Below, in pieces: positions 45,808 through 55,352 of a stretch of 64,000 nt of DNA. A program made the translations under genes and the position numbers. The DNA comes from Nitrospinota bacterium (GTDB lineage: Bacteria > Nitrospinota > Nitrospinia > Nitrospinales > VA-1): the NCBI GenBank assembly GCA_038108555.1, contig JAYNIA010000006.1, positions 8,774 to 72,773 on the forward strand. Reading direction: 5' to 3'. The number at the start of each line of letters is the position of its first letter. The stretch's first letter is position 1. A model generated the notes under the pieces. It had not been told where the DNA came from, did not search any database, and saw only the letters and a program-made list of their open reading frames with translations.

Positions 45808-45842
45808 CTTGGATTATTTATAGGGTTAATAGAGTTTTCAAA

Positions 45843-45935
45843 GGTAAAAATGGTGCGAGACAGTATTGATAATTTTTATACTATATTAAAATTTAAAAAA
45901 ATGCATGGGTTTGGTTAAAAGTGGTAAAAATGGTG
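45843..45935 (+). repeat. Two exact direct copies of GGTAAAAATGGTG in the glgP/SBP divergent spacer
   Basis: Copies at 45843-45855 and 45923-45935, 80 bp start to start, same orientation. Confidence 0.8.
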
Positions 45936-46016
45936 GTGTATTGGATTTTTGCCGGGGAAACCTAAGCTCTTTTTTCCTGTAAAAAATAAAAATTAAATCC
46001 TTGGGAAGTTTATAAC

Positions 46017-46823
46017 ATGCGAAAGTTGCTTGCAAAGATAAAGGTTTTGATTTTTATCTTTTTTTTATGTTTTGGGGGATGTCAGATGAATTCTGACTCT
46101 GACCCGGTGCCGCTTGATCGGGTTGTGATTGCCATTGATGCCACTTTCATTCCCATGTCTTTTATGAACACTGAAAACGAATTGGATGGTTTTGAGGTCG
46201 ATTTAATAAAGGAGGTCGTTCGGGAGGCCAATTTGGAATACGAACTGGTGAATGTAGAATGGGGCGGATTATTCGGGGGTTTGATCACAAAAAAGTTCGA
46301 TTTAGTAATAAGTTCTGTGGGAATTATTGAAGAGAGAAAAAAAAGAATGGCGTTTAGTATTCCCTATTTGCAGAGTGGGGCGGCCGTATTGGTTAGAAAC
46401 GATATTGGAGAGGTTGGGTCTCTTGAAGAACTGGAAAAGTTAAACGCCCGGGTGGGGGTGCAAATTAATACCACTTCTTATTTCTTCCTGGAAAAATTTT
46501 CAGGGATAAATATTAAAACATTTGAAAAATTCGGTCATGCTGTGATCGATTTGGCTAACAAAGGGGTGGATGCGGTGGTGGGGGACTCGGTTCAGGTCAA
46601 TTACTTTTTTAAAAAGAATAAGGATTTGGAAGGACGGGCCCGATTCCTGGGTTCGAGAATGACATCAGAATTTTATGGAATTGTTATGCGAAAAGAAGAT
46701 GGCCGGCTAAAAAGTAAAATCGATTCAAGTTTAACTCGCCTTTTGAAAAACGGTACCCTGGAACGGTTGCATAAAAAATGGCAGTTGGGAGGGTTTGCAA
46801 CCGTCCCACATGTTTCCTCTTAG
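46017..46823 (+). CDS. Family 3 solute-binding lipoprotein (amino-acid-type SBP), orphan
   Basis: Lipobox LCFGGC. ELDGFEVDLIKE, ISSVGIIEERKK and AVVGDS patterns fit SBP_bac_3. No permease or ATPase gene is adjacent. Confidence 0.75.
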   Translation: MRKLLAKIKVLIFIFFLCFGGCQMNSDSDPVPLDRVVIAIDATFIPMSFMNTENELDGFEVDLIKEVVREANLEYELVNVEWGGLFGGLITKKFDLVISSVGIIEERKKRMAFSIPYLQSGAAVLVRNDIGEVGSLEELEKLNARVGVQINTTSYFFLEKFSGINIKTFEKFGHAVIDLANKGVDAVVGDSVQVNYFFKKNKDLEGRARFLGSRMTSEFYGIVMRKEDGRLKSKIDSSLTRLLKNGTLERLHKKWQLGGFATVPHVSS

Positions 46824-48091
46824 ATTATCAGGCAACCTGCAATGCACCCTGTAAGTAAAGTTGCGAGAAAGGCTGTCCACAAGGCCTGAAACCCTATCAG
46901 CGATATTTCGTTGGCTCGGGAAGGGACTAATGCGGTAAGTCCTCCCACAAAAATTCCCATACTTGAGATATGCACAAAACCGCATAAGGCATATGTCATT
47001 ATAGTCATCGAACGCAGAGAAAGGGTGGTTTCTGTTGCCTGTATGGATGCGAGTGAAAAGTAAGCCGATACTTCTGTTTCAATAAACCGGGAACCGAGAA
47101 TTTGTGAGGCGACTTGCCATTCTTCAGGTTTTAGTCCAAGCAATACAGAAAAAGGAAATGTGATCCACCCAAGCAGGCGTACTGCAGATAGAGGTTGTCC
47201 CTGAAAGTTTGGAAGGGAGCCCAGAATAAGATCGAATAAGGCCTCCAGACCCAAAACGATTATCAGGACCGTAGCGATCCCCACCGCCATTTTTACACCC
47301 TGAGTTCCACCGTCCACCAGAGCGCTCATTAAGCCGGAGTGTTGTGATTTATCGTTTTCTGAAATGCTGCCGAATGTTTCTGGTTGTTCCTGCTCTGGGC
47401 AAAAAAGCTTGCTGACCAAAATAGAACAGGGAATGGAAATCAGGGAGGCAGAAACAAGGTGCCCTGCAATATTGGGAAAAACTTTTTGCAGTGCAATGAC
47501 ATAGATTCCCATGACGGTGCTTGCAACCGTCGCCATCATGCAAGTCATCAAAGTTAATAATTCCGATCGCGTCATTCCCTGTAAATAAGGTCTTACGGTT
47601 AACCCGGACTCAATTCCAACAAATAAATTGGCTGACGCAGAAAGCGCTTCTGCTCCCGATAAGGAAAGGATTCTATGAAAGATTTTTGCGAATAGACGAA
47701 CAATTTTTTGCATGATCCCAAGGTGATATAAACCTCCCAAAAGTGCGGAAAAGAAAATCACTGAAGGAAAAACCTGGAAAGCAAGTACAAAACCAATGGA
47801 TGGAGTTCCGTCCGGCAGGGTTTGTCCGGGTCCCAAAGCAAGAGGACCAAAAAGGAACACTGCTCCTTTATGAGATGCGCTTAACAAAGAGATTAGGGTG
47901 TCATTTATCCATTGCAGGGCAGATCTTGATGCGGAAAACCAAAAAGTCAAAACTCCCAATACCCATGCAAGAAAAAGGCTTCCAAAAACAGTTTCTAGCT
48001 TTACCTTTTTACGTGCGCCCGTGACCCAGGCGATTTTCAAAAGAATGAAGAAGCCGCCAAACGAAACCAAACGATAATTAAAATCTTCCAT
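46820..48091 (-). CDS. Concentrative nucleoside transporter (NupC/CNT family)
   Basis: 423 aa, polytopic. GAEALSASANLFVGIESGLTVRPYLQGMTRSELLTLMTCMMATVAS matches the conserved CNT core motif. Confidence 0.75.
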   Translation of the reverse strand: MEDFNYRLVSFGGFFILLKIAWVTGARKKVKLETVFGSLFLAWVLGVLTFWFSASRSALQWINDTLISLLSASHKGAVFLFGPLALGPGQTLPDGTPSIGFVLAFQVFPSVIFFSALLGGLYHLGIMQKIVRLFAKIFHRILSLSGAEALSASANLFVGIESGLTVRPYLQGMTRSELLTLMTCMMATVASTVMGIYVIALQKVFPNIAGHLVSASLISIPCSILVSKLFCPEQEQPETFGSISENDKSQHSGLMSALVDGGTQGVKMAVGIATVLIIVLGLEALFDLILGSLPNFQGQPLSAVRLLGWITFPFSVLLGLKPEEWQVASQILGSRFIETEVSAYFSLASIQATETTLSLRSMTIMTYALCGFVHISSMGIFVGGLTALVPSRANEISLIGFQALWTAFLATLLTGCIAGCLII

Positions 48092-48153
48092 AAACAGGTT
48101 TTTGGGTTAGGGGAGGGGGTTGGTCATGGATTAGAATTAGAACTATTATTTGT

Positions 48154-49176
48154 TTGTATGGCTATTTTGTTTTTACTACGGAAAAATTTCAGGTTTTTGT
48201 TTTGAAAAAGAAAATTTCTTTGGTTTTTATCTGGGTCATTGTCGCATATTTTCTATACGAATTCTTTAAGACTGTTGATTTTGACCGGTTCTGGAAGGAA
48301 ATTGAAAACGCAAGTGCTGGATGGCTGGTGATAGCATTTATTTTTAATTTTTCAATTCTTATAGTTTGGACCTCATTATGGTCTGTTCTAATTCCCGGGA
48401 ACATTTTTGTTTCTTTTTCTAAATTATTTCAAGCAAACACCTTTATGTCCAGTTCCTGCAATACCCTTCCTTTTCCGGGGGGGCATGCGGTGGGTCTGGT
48501 TTTGTTGGCCAAGGTGGCAGAAATAAAACATTCTGTGGCGTTATCTATTTTGGCTCTCGATCAGATGATGGAGGGGATTGTCAAAGTGGTTGTCCTAACC
48601 CTTGCGGCAAACTTTTCTCCCTTGCCTGAGAAAATGCAACAGGGGATCCAGTTTTTTATTGTCCTGATCGTGATTTTTACAGGGTTCATGTTTTATGCTG
48701 CTCATAAAGTTCCAAACTTGAATATTTCAGATCGCGAGAAATCCTCTTCCCTTATTTTCAAGTTTAAAGAATTTCTTTCGCAATGGGCCGGGCATTTGGA
48801 ATTGCTAAAGAACCATAAAATATTTAGTAAAGGTTTGTTTTTGGCTTTGATGATGATGGCTCTGCAGACAATGGGAATTTGGGCCACACAAATGAGTCTG
48901 GGTCAAGAGCTTCCTTTTTGGGCAACTATTCTGGTGATGGCGGCTTTGAACCTTGCCACCATTTTCCCCCTGACTCCGGGTAATTTTGGAATTTATGAAG
49001 CCACCGCATTTTTAATTTATAAATTTTCAGGGTTGTCTCCGGAAATTGCATTGAGCCTGGCATTTTTGCAACACGTTTGTTTTCTAGTACCTATGGCAGG
49101 TACGGGATGGTTGGTGCTTTTGTTCCAATCTCTGAGCACCATGAGAGGGAAAAACAAGGATTTAGGCAATTTCTGA
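48154..49176 (+). CDS. UPF0104 / LPG-synthase-TM flippase-like membrane protein (second paralog)
   Basis: 340 aa, polytopic. LNLATIFPLTPGNFGIYEATAFLIY is typical of the family. A shorter start at TTG 48202 is possible. Confidence 0.6.
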   Translation: MYGYFVFTTEKFQVFVLKKKISLVFIWVIVAYFLYEFFKTVDFDRFWKEIENASAGWLVIAFIFNFSILIVWTSLWSVLIPGNIFVSFSKLFQANTFMSSSCNTLPFPGGHAVGLVLLAKVAEIKHSVALSILALDQMMEGIVKVVVLTLAANFSPLPEKMQQGIQFFIVLIVIFTGFMFYAAHKVPNLNISDREKSSSLIFKFKEFLSQWAGHLELLKNHKIFSKGLFLALMMMALQTMGIWATQMSLGQELPFWATILVMAALNLATIFPLTPGNFGIYEATAFLIYKFSGLSPEIALSLAFLQHVCFLVPMAGTGWLVLLFQSLSTMRGKNKDLGNF

Positions 49177-49517
49177 TATTGTTTTTGATGGATAGCTTCA
49201 AGCCTATGATTTTTTTGAATTAAATGTTTCAAAAAACTTGCCTTGCGATTTTATACGGATTTATTACAGACTTTCTAAGTAGTTTTTTTTGATCCATTTA
49301 AGTTAGGTAGGAAGGTGGTTTTATGTTAAGATTTGCTGTGAAAATGGGGGAAGGTGTCGTAGAAAATTTATCAGTAGAACCCTTAATGTAAATTAATTTT
49401 TACCAGGGGAAATTTGCTAGGATTTTACTGGAACGGTTTAATGTTCCAACGGCCCAGACCCTTAAGATTACGGGAAGAAATTTTTTCCCATTTATTTATT
49501 GTTGGAGGTTATTGGGT

Positions 49518-49718
49518 ATGGCTGAAGGAAAAGTAAAATGGTTTAATGACAGCAAAGGGTATGGGTTTATCGAATCAAGCGATGGCGAAGATTGTTTTGT
49601 TCATTTTTCTGAAATTCAGGGAGAGGGATTCAAAACTTTAAAAGAGGGCCAGGAAGTAGAATTTGAAAAAAGCATGGGGCAAAAAGGACCGCAAGCATCA
49701 AAAGTGATTCCAAAATAA
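49518..49718 (+). CDS. Cold-shock protein (CspA family)
   Basis: [34 protein letters not shown] with RNP1 (KGYGFI) and RNP2 (VHFS). GGAGG SD. Confidence 0.95.
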   Translation: MAEGKVKWFNDSKGYGFIESSDGEDCFVHFSEIQGEGFKTLKEGQEVEFEKSMGQKGPQASKVIPK

Positions 49719-49735
49719 ATTTCTTGCGAAATTGC

Positions 49736-49771
49736 AAAACCGACAGGGCGCTAGGTCCTGTCGGTTTTTTT
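49736..49771 (+). terminator. Intrinsic terminator after csp
   Basis: CCGACAGG (49740-49747) and CCTGTCGG (49757-49764) form the stem, followed by TTTTTTT. Confidence 0.8.
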
Positions 49772-49801
49772 GTTTAAACTCACCTTTTTTATTTTAGTTT
49801 T

Positions 49802-50764
49802 TCAAGACTCCTCAGTCTTGGAGGCAATCACAAACAAATTGAAACCATAGCCGGCAATGTCAAACAAGGGACCGAGGTAGGTAAGCGGATTTAAAGTATT
49901 TTTTATGTCTCTTTTTGCAGACCGAAGAAACCGATTTGCCAGGTCTTTGGGTTTTTCTGATTTGTCGTAGGGGATAAATCCCTTTGATTCCAAAAGTCCT
50001 TTTCTGGCTTTGTTTGTCTTCGTTGAAACAACTTTAAACCCTGCCTTCTTGAGCAAGTTGTTTAAACTTGCCCCGGAAAAAAAATAAAAATGTTGCAGGA
50101 TTTTATAACCCGTCCATTTTTCTTTTAGAAGGATGGCGTTCTTGACATTGGGTGTCCACATTACCAAAAGACCCCCGGGCTTCATTACTCGATTAATTTT
50201 TTTTAAACTTTCGAGAGGATTCCGCAGGTGTTCAATGAGGTCCCATAGAGTGACGACATCAAACATTTTTGGGTCATAATCAAGGGAATCATCCAAAGAT
50301 TCCAGTCGTATGCTTTCCAGTGCAAAGTGTTCCCGGGCATATTTAATATATTCTGGAAGAATCTCTAATCCATGGCAGTCCCAGCCTCTTTCTTTTGCGC
50401 AATTTAAAAAGAACCCCGCACCACATCCTATATCGAGTAAGGTTCCCTTTTGAGGGTAATGGTTTTCAATTAAACTCAGCCGTGAGTTATAAAGTTTTGA
50501 GTAGGATTTGATACGCTTTTGGCGTTCGAGAATATAATTGGAGTGAATTCCCGATTCATTATCATTTCCCGTCATTTCTTTCTGGTAGTTGTTTTTCATC
50601 TCTTCTACGGAGGGGAGGGGATTCACAAACTCCAAATGGCAATCCTTGCAGCGAACAACGATGGTATTATCATTCCGAATGCAGACCGGGTCAAAATTCA
50701 ATGATCCGCAGCAAATACATGGAATCCGATCACTTTTTGAAGATTCGAAAGCCGAGAGTAGCAT
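49802..50764 (-). CDS. Class I SAM-dependent methyltransferase with N-terminal zinc-ribbon
   Basis: CICCGS...CKDCH four-Cys N-terminus; LLDIGCGAGFF motif I; VVTLWDLIEH. Confidence 0.75.
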   Translation of the reverse strand: MLLSAFESSKSDRIPCICCGSLNFDPVCIRNDNTIVVRCKDCHLEFVNPLPSVEEMKNNYQKEMTGNDNESGIHSNYILERQKRIKSYSKLYNSRLSLIENHYPQKGTLLDIGCGAGFFLNCAKERGWDCHGLEILPEYIKYAREHFALESIRLESLDDSLDYDPKMFDVVTLWDLIEHLRNPLESLKKINRVMKPGGLLVMWTPNVKNAILLKEKWTGYKILQHFYFFSGASLNNLLKKAGFKVVSTKTNKARKGLLESKGFIPYDKSEKPKDLANRFLRSAKRDIKNTLNPLTYLGPLFDIAGYGFNLFVIASKTEES

Positions 50765-50973
50765 TCTAACTGTCCTTTATAGTGTGCTGGCCAAGGTTTG
50801 CGGCTTTAAGGGAGAAATTATTAACTCTGGAAATTAACAGGAAAATGGAGACAGAATCAGAGGTATGGTAGGCCATTTATTTCCTGTTTGCAATATTCAA
50901 TGAAAGGCCTCAATGTGTGGTGTGTAAATGGTACAATTTATTGTTTAATTAACCCTGAAACTAGAGGTTGAAT

Positions 50974-52410
50974 ATGACTAAAGCCGCATTTACTCCTAAC
51001 GCAGGTGACAGCATTGTGGTTCGGTTAAAAATTGAAGGTCAGGCAAAAATTCTCCCTTTGGTAATGACTGAAATCGGCAGCCTTGAAGGACATATTGGCG
51101 CGGTGGATATTGTTCGGCCTCTTAAAAATGGGGGTTCCATTCGGGATATCAGTATTTATACATCAGGGGTTGAGCACGGAGAAAAAATTGTAGAAGCCAT
51201 AGGAAAAATTTCCGGAGTGGAGGTGGTTCAACATTCGGACAGGACATTTTTGGTTCACCTGGGTGGCAAAGTGGATGTTTCTTCAAGGAAGGAATTAAAA
51301 ACCCGCGATGATCTTTCCATGGCATATACACCAGGGGTTGGCAGGGTTTGCATGGCGATCCATAAAAAACCTGAAGATGTTTATAAGTTAACTATTAAAG
51401 GAAATACGGTTGCCATTGTTACCGATGGGACTGCTGTTTTAGGATTGGGAGATATTGGTCCTGAGGCTGCCATGCCGGTGATGGAAAGAAAGGCAATGTT
51501 GTTTAAGGAGTTTGCAGGTGTCGATGCATTTCCAATTTGTTTAAATTCGAAATCAACCGATGAAATTGTCCAGGTGGTTAAGGCAATTGCTCCAGGCTTT
51601 GGCGGAGTCAACCTGGAAGACATTGCTGCGCCACAATGTTTTGAAATTGAAAAACGGCTTCAGGAAGAATTGGATATTCCCGTTTTTCATGACGATCAAC
51701 ATGGAACCGCAGTAGTAGTTTCGGCAGCATTGATTAACGCTTTAAAGTATTTAGGAAAAAGCCATGACAAAGCAAAGGTTGTAGTTCTTGGTGCGGGGGC
51801 AGCTGGCACGGCTTGTACAAAAATGATCAAGCAACTGAAAATAGAGAATATTGTCGTTTGTGACCGGAAAGGTGCTATCAATAAATCCAGGGGTGATTTG
51901 AATGAAGCCAAGCAATGGTTTGCTGAAAACACCAACCCGGAGGGGTTGTCCGGCAAGTTAGGTGAGGTTATTGAAGATGCGGATCTCTTTCTGGGAGTTT
52001 CGGGTCCAGGACAGTTAACGGTTGAGGACTTAAAAAAAATGGCAAAGGATCCTGTGGTATTTGCTTTGGCAAACCCGATTCCGGAAATTTTACCGGAGGA
52101 AGCGGCACCTTATGTGGCGATCATGGCCACAGGCCGCAGTGATTATCCTAATCAGATAAATAATGTCCTTTGTTTTCCAGGACTTTTTCGTGGCGCTTTG
52201 GATTGTATGGCCACCCAAATTAATGAAGAAATGAAAATGGCCGCAGCGCAGGCCATAGCAGAATGTATTTCAACGGAATGTTTGCAACCCGATTATATTA
52301 TTCCCAGCGTTTTCGATACCAATGTTGTTAATAAGGTTGCTGAGGCAGTAATAAAAGCCGCGCGAGAATCGGGCGTTTCCCGAAGTCGAGGTAGAAAGAA
52401 ATTCGAATAA
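50974..52410 (+). CDS. NAD(P)-dependent malic enzyme with N-terminal ACT-like domain
   Basis: LSMAYTPGVG, VTDGTAVLGLGDIG, GGVNLEDI, FHDDQHGTA, LGAGAAG and LANPIPE. There are about 85 extra N-terminal residues. AGAGG SD before ATG 50974. Confidence 0.9.
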   Translation: MTKAAFTPNAGDSIVVRLKIEGQAKILPLVMTEIGSLEGHIGAVDIVRPLKNGGSIRDISIYTSGVEHGEKIVEAIGKISGVEVVQHSDRTFLVHLGGKVDVSSRKELKTRDDLSMAYTPGVGRVCMAIHKKPEDVYKLTIKGNTVAIVTDGTAVLGLGDIGPEAAMPVMERKAMLFKEFAGVDAFPICLNSKSTDEIVQVVKAIAPGFGGVNLEDIAAPQCFEIEKRLQEELDIPVFHDDQHGTAVVVSAALINALKYLGKSHDKAKVVVLGAGAAGTACTKMIKQLKIENIVVCDRKGAINKSRGDLNEAKQWFAENTNPEGLSGKLGEVIEDADLFLGVSGPGQLTVEDLKKMAKDPVVFALANPIPEILPEEAAPYVAIMATGRSDYPNQINNVLCFPGLFRGALDCMATQINEEMKMAAAQAIAECISTECLQPDYIIPSVFDTNVVNKVAEAVIKAARESGVSRSRGRKKFE

Positions 52411-52540
52411 CATTATTTTGATTAGTATTTATTGATACAATCTGTGTGGTACCCTTATACAAGTTTCACCTTTAATTTTTCTGCGGATAATCTGGTCTGA
52501 TTTGCTCTCCAGGGTTTAACATTTCATTTTCCCAACATGT

Positions 52541-54931
52541 ATGAAATTTCTTCTTAGTTGGTGTTTTAAAAATATTACAAAAAAATTTCCTGGAACGGTT
52601 CTTCTCTTTGCTTTAATTTTAAGTGGATTCTCCATTTATTTGGCGGCAGATTTAAAATTCAATCCTAAAATGGATAACCTGCTTCCTCAGGATCTCCCTT
52701 TGATCGAGGAGTTTAATGAGGTTGTCAAAAAAACAGGGGGATCAGGACCTCTAGTTGTTGTGCTGGAAAATCTGGATCCCATTCAAGATTCCGAGGTTAT
52801 AGATCATCTGGCTGGATTGTTCCGAAAGATTCCTGGAACACAGTTTGTAGACTCCGAAATTCCAAAAAAATATTTAAAAAACAAACAGCTCCTTTTAATC
52901 CCTCGTCAGGATTTGGCGGCATTGGAAATTTTAATGGCAGAAGCCATCGATTATGCCCGGGGTCAGTTCGGGGGATTTTTGGAGGAGGAAGCATTTAATC
53001 CGGTAAAGCTGCGGAAACTGGCAAAAGATTACCAGATTTTTGATGAAATCGAACCGTATCACAAGGGGAAGCAGAAGAATAATTATTATATTTTTATAAA
53101 GGCCAGGGGGACGGTTACCGACACGGACTTTACCGAAAATTTTATAACCCAGGTCCAGGAGGTGATCGATAAAAGCGGTCTTGAAGAAAAGTACAAGGGA
53201 CTCAAAATAAAACTTACGGGTTCGATGATTGTTCGCTTGGAAGAGAATGAGTTCATCCAAACTGATTTGAAAAATGCTGCGATGATAGCTGCCGTTCTCG
53301 CAATGTCCATCATTTTTATTTATACCCGTTCCTGGTTTTCCATCCCCCTTATTATTTTCCCTCTCCTTTTATCTTTAACTTACACTTTTGCTTTTACCCG
53401 CTTGTTAATTGGGCATCTGAATATTATTTCCGGATTTCTTGTTGCGATTTTAATGGGATTGGGAATTGATTATGGAATCCATTTGTACATCCGTTTCAAG
53501 CAGGAACTGTTGAAACAGAAACCTATTCCAGAAGCTGTCGAAGTGGTGGTGACCCAGGTGGGCCGGTCTGGCTTGATTGCCATGCTCACAACCATGAGCG
53601 TATTTTCAATCCTCAGCTTTTCAGATTTTCAGGGGTTTTCCGAGTTCGGCCAAATAGCTACCCTGGGAATTGTATGTGCATTCATCACATACTATTTTGT
53701 TTTTCCGGCTCAGGCTCTTTTTTACGACAAAATTCATTGGCTGGGTAAACCCAAACCTCGGCTTTTTAGTCTGAAAATAGCCAATCTTTATGCTGCAACA
53801 CCCTTTTATCTTTCCATGTTTTTTGTCATGCTTTTGATATTCAGTTTGTTTCTCTTGCCAGGTGTTGAGTTTGAATATGATTTCCAGAAATTAAGAGGAG
53901 AATCACCCGCCAGCGATTATGAAACGGAGACAACCGATGATTTCGGTCTGGCATTTTCACCCACGGTAATTTTGACCCCTGAAAAAGAGAACCTTTATTA
54001 TATCCATGATGCTTTAGAAGAAATAAAAAGGGAAGGTGGAGAAAAAACGGTCATAGGAATTCAGTACTCCCTGAATTTGTTTAGCAAAAAGGAATATGAA
54101 TCAAAAAAGGAAATCATTTCACGGATACGTAATAACTTTGAAGAAAATAAAGACATCATTCGGTTTTCGCTAGGAAAGGAGAGATTTCGAAAATTTGAAC
54201 AACTTTTGAACGTGAAACCGTTTGATGATGCACAAGTACCCACAAGTCTTCAGAAAAAACTGAAGGCAGGAGAAGACTATCTGCTTCTCCTTTTTTCACC
54301 GGCAGACAAAAACTTCTTCCGCGTTGAGAATATTTATCAACTGGAAAGGGAGGTCAAAGCGTTAAAGGAAAGATTGAAAGAGGAAAATATCAAAACAGCC
54401 ATCTTGAATGAAAATTTAATTGCTGCCAAAGTTTTGGATTGGGTTAAAGAAAAAGGTCCCAAAGCCATGATCGTAGCATTTGGACTGGTGTTTTTTATTC
54501 TTTTAGTCGACTTGCAAAGTATCAGGTTGGCTTTAATAACCTTTTTGCCCTTGTTTACCGGGCTTGCTTTGACCGGTGCTTTGATGTCTGTCTTTAATGT
54601 TCGATTGAACTTTATAAATATTGTAATGCTCCCATCAATTGTTGGAATTATGATCGACCATTGTATTTATCTCAGTCATCATATTCTGGATTACTCTAAA
54701 GGTGCTTCTCTAAAATCATTGAAGGAAACCGGGAGTGCCATTATCTTATCGGCCTTGACAAGCCTCGCGGGATATGCCAGTTTAAATATTGCACACCATG
54801 CAGGAATAAATTCAATAGCAACCGTTGTTGAGTTGGGGATAATTACCTGTACCGTTTGCGCGCTTTTCATGCTTCCAGCACTTTTTGAATTTGGAAAAAG
54901 AAAATTTGCCTTTGTCCATCCTGAAAAATGA
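52541..54931 (+). CDS. MMPL/RND-superfamily exporter (HpnN-like architecture)
   Basis: 796 aa: two 6-TM bundles, each preceded by a large soluble loop. GLGIDYGIHLY and VGIMIDHCIYL are repeated RND/SSD-type motifs. Confidence 0.75.
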   Translation: MKFLLSWCFKNITKKFPGTVLLFALILSGFSIYLAADLKFNPKMDNLLPQDLPLIEEFNEVVKKTGGSGPLVVVLENLDPIQDSEVIDHLAGLFRKIPGTQFVDSEIPKKYLKNKQLLLIPRQDLAALEILMAEAIDYARGQFGGFLEEEAFNPVKLRKLAKDYQIFDEIEPYHKGKQKNNYYIFIKARGTVTDTDFTENFITQVQEVIDKSGLEEKYKGLKIKLTGSMIVRLEENEFIQTDLKNAAMIAAVLAMSIIFIYTRSWFSIPLIIFPLLLSLTYTFAFTRLLIGHLNIISGFLVAILMGLGIDYGIHLYIRFKQELLKQKPIPEAVEVVVTQVGRSGLIAMLTTMSVFSILSFSDFQGFSEFGQIATLGIVCAFITYYFVFPAQALFYDKIHWLGKPKPRLFSLKIANLYAATPFYLSMFFVMLLIFSLFLLPGVEFEYDFQKLRGESPASDYETETTDDFGLAFSPTVILTPEKENLYYIHDALEEIKREGGEKTVIGIQYSLNLFSKKEYESKKEIISRIRNNFEENKDIIRFSLGKERFRKFEQLLNVKPFDDAQVPTSLQKKLKAGEDYLLLLFSPADKNFFRVENIYQLEREVKALKERLKEENIKTAILNENLIAAKVLDWVKEKGPKAMIVAFGLVFFILLVDLQSIRLALITFLPLFTGLALTGALMSVFNVRLNFINIVMLPSIVGIMIDHCIYLSHHILDYSKGASLKSLKETGSAIILSALTSLAGYASLNIAHHAGINSIATVVELGIITCTVCALFMLPALFEFGKRKFAFVHPEK

Positions 54932-55072
54932 TTTTCTCCTTTCTGGCGATAGTATGAAAAATTAGAACCTTCCTGTCTGATTTTTTTTCAGATTTGCCAA
55001 ATGCAATTATTTGTAACGGGGATAACCATTGAAAGCTTGCCCTTTATTCTATTGAAGGTCCGAGTGAGAATT

Positions 55073-55088
55073 TGGCACAAAGTTTGCT
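55073..55088 (+). promoter_or_regulatory. Sigma-54 (-24/-12) promoter
   Basis: TGGCAC-aaagt-TTGCT at 55073-55088 matches TGGCAC-N5-TTGCW at every conserved position. It is intergenic and oriented toward the ORF ending at 55352. Confidence 0.55.
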
Positions 55089-55097
55089 CATAATAGT

Positions 55098-55352
55098 TTG
55101 AGCGAATTTGATTTATTAGGACCCCTAATCGAGTCTCCCCTTTTGAATGGCCTGAAAATGATTGACCCTAAACCGGAAAAACTGGATAAAAAGGCAAATT
55201 TCTACAAAGTTTTAAATGAATATTTGGACCGGAAAATACAAAAAGAGAAGGACAAGATTGTAGAAAAATATTTTGATATAAACTCTCAGGAAAACCTGTT
55301 TAAAGGTTTTACGGTGAACCGATCAAAGTTTACCCCGTCCCGGAAAAAATAA
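55098..55352 (+). CDS. Hypothetical small Lys-rich protein
   Basis: 84-codon ORF from TTG 55098. If the sigma-54 promoter is used, the TSS falls near 55099, so ATG 55158 (64 aa) would be the start. No strong SD and no family recognised. Confidence 0.35.
   Translation: MSEFDLLGPLIESPLLNGLKMIDPKPEKLDKKANFYKVLNEYLDRKIQKEKDKIVEKYFDINSQENLFKGFTVNRSKFTPSRKK

Noticed and set aside
50885-50897. 13-mer TGTTTGCAATATT shared with 58223-58235, both in upstream regions; considered as a common operator or sigma-54 -12 element
   Set aside because: No GG at the -24 position in either copy. In AT-rich DNA of this size one or more such 13-mer coincidences are expected, so I cannot distinguish it from chance without genome-wide motif counts.
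54932-55072. Looked for an enhancer (UAS) palindrome upstream of the sigma-54 promoter
   Set aside because: Only short 4-5-bp inverted repeats were found (TCTGA/TCAGA; TTGC-N5-GCAA). They are too weak to call as bEBP binding sites.
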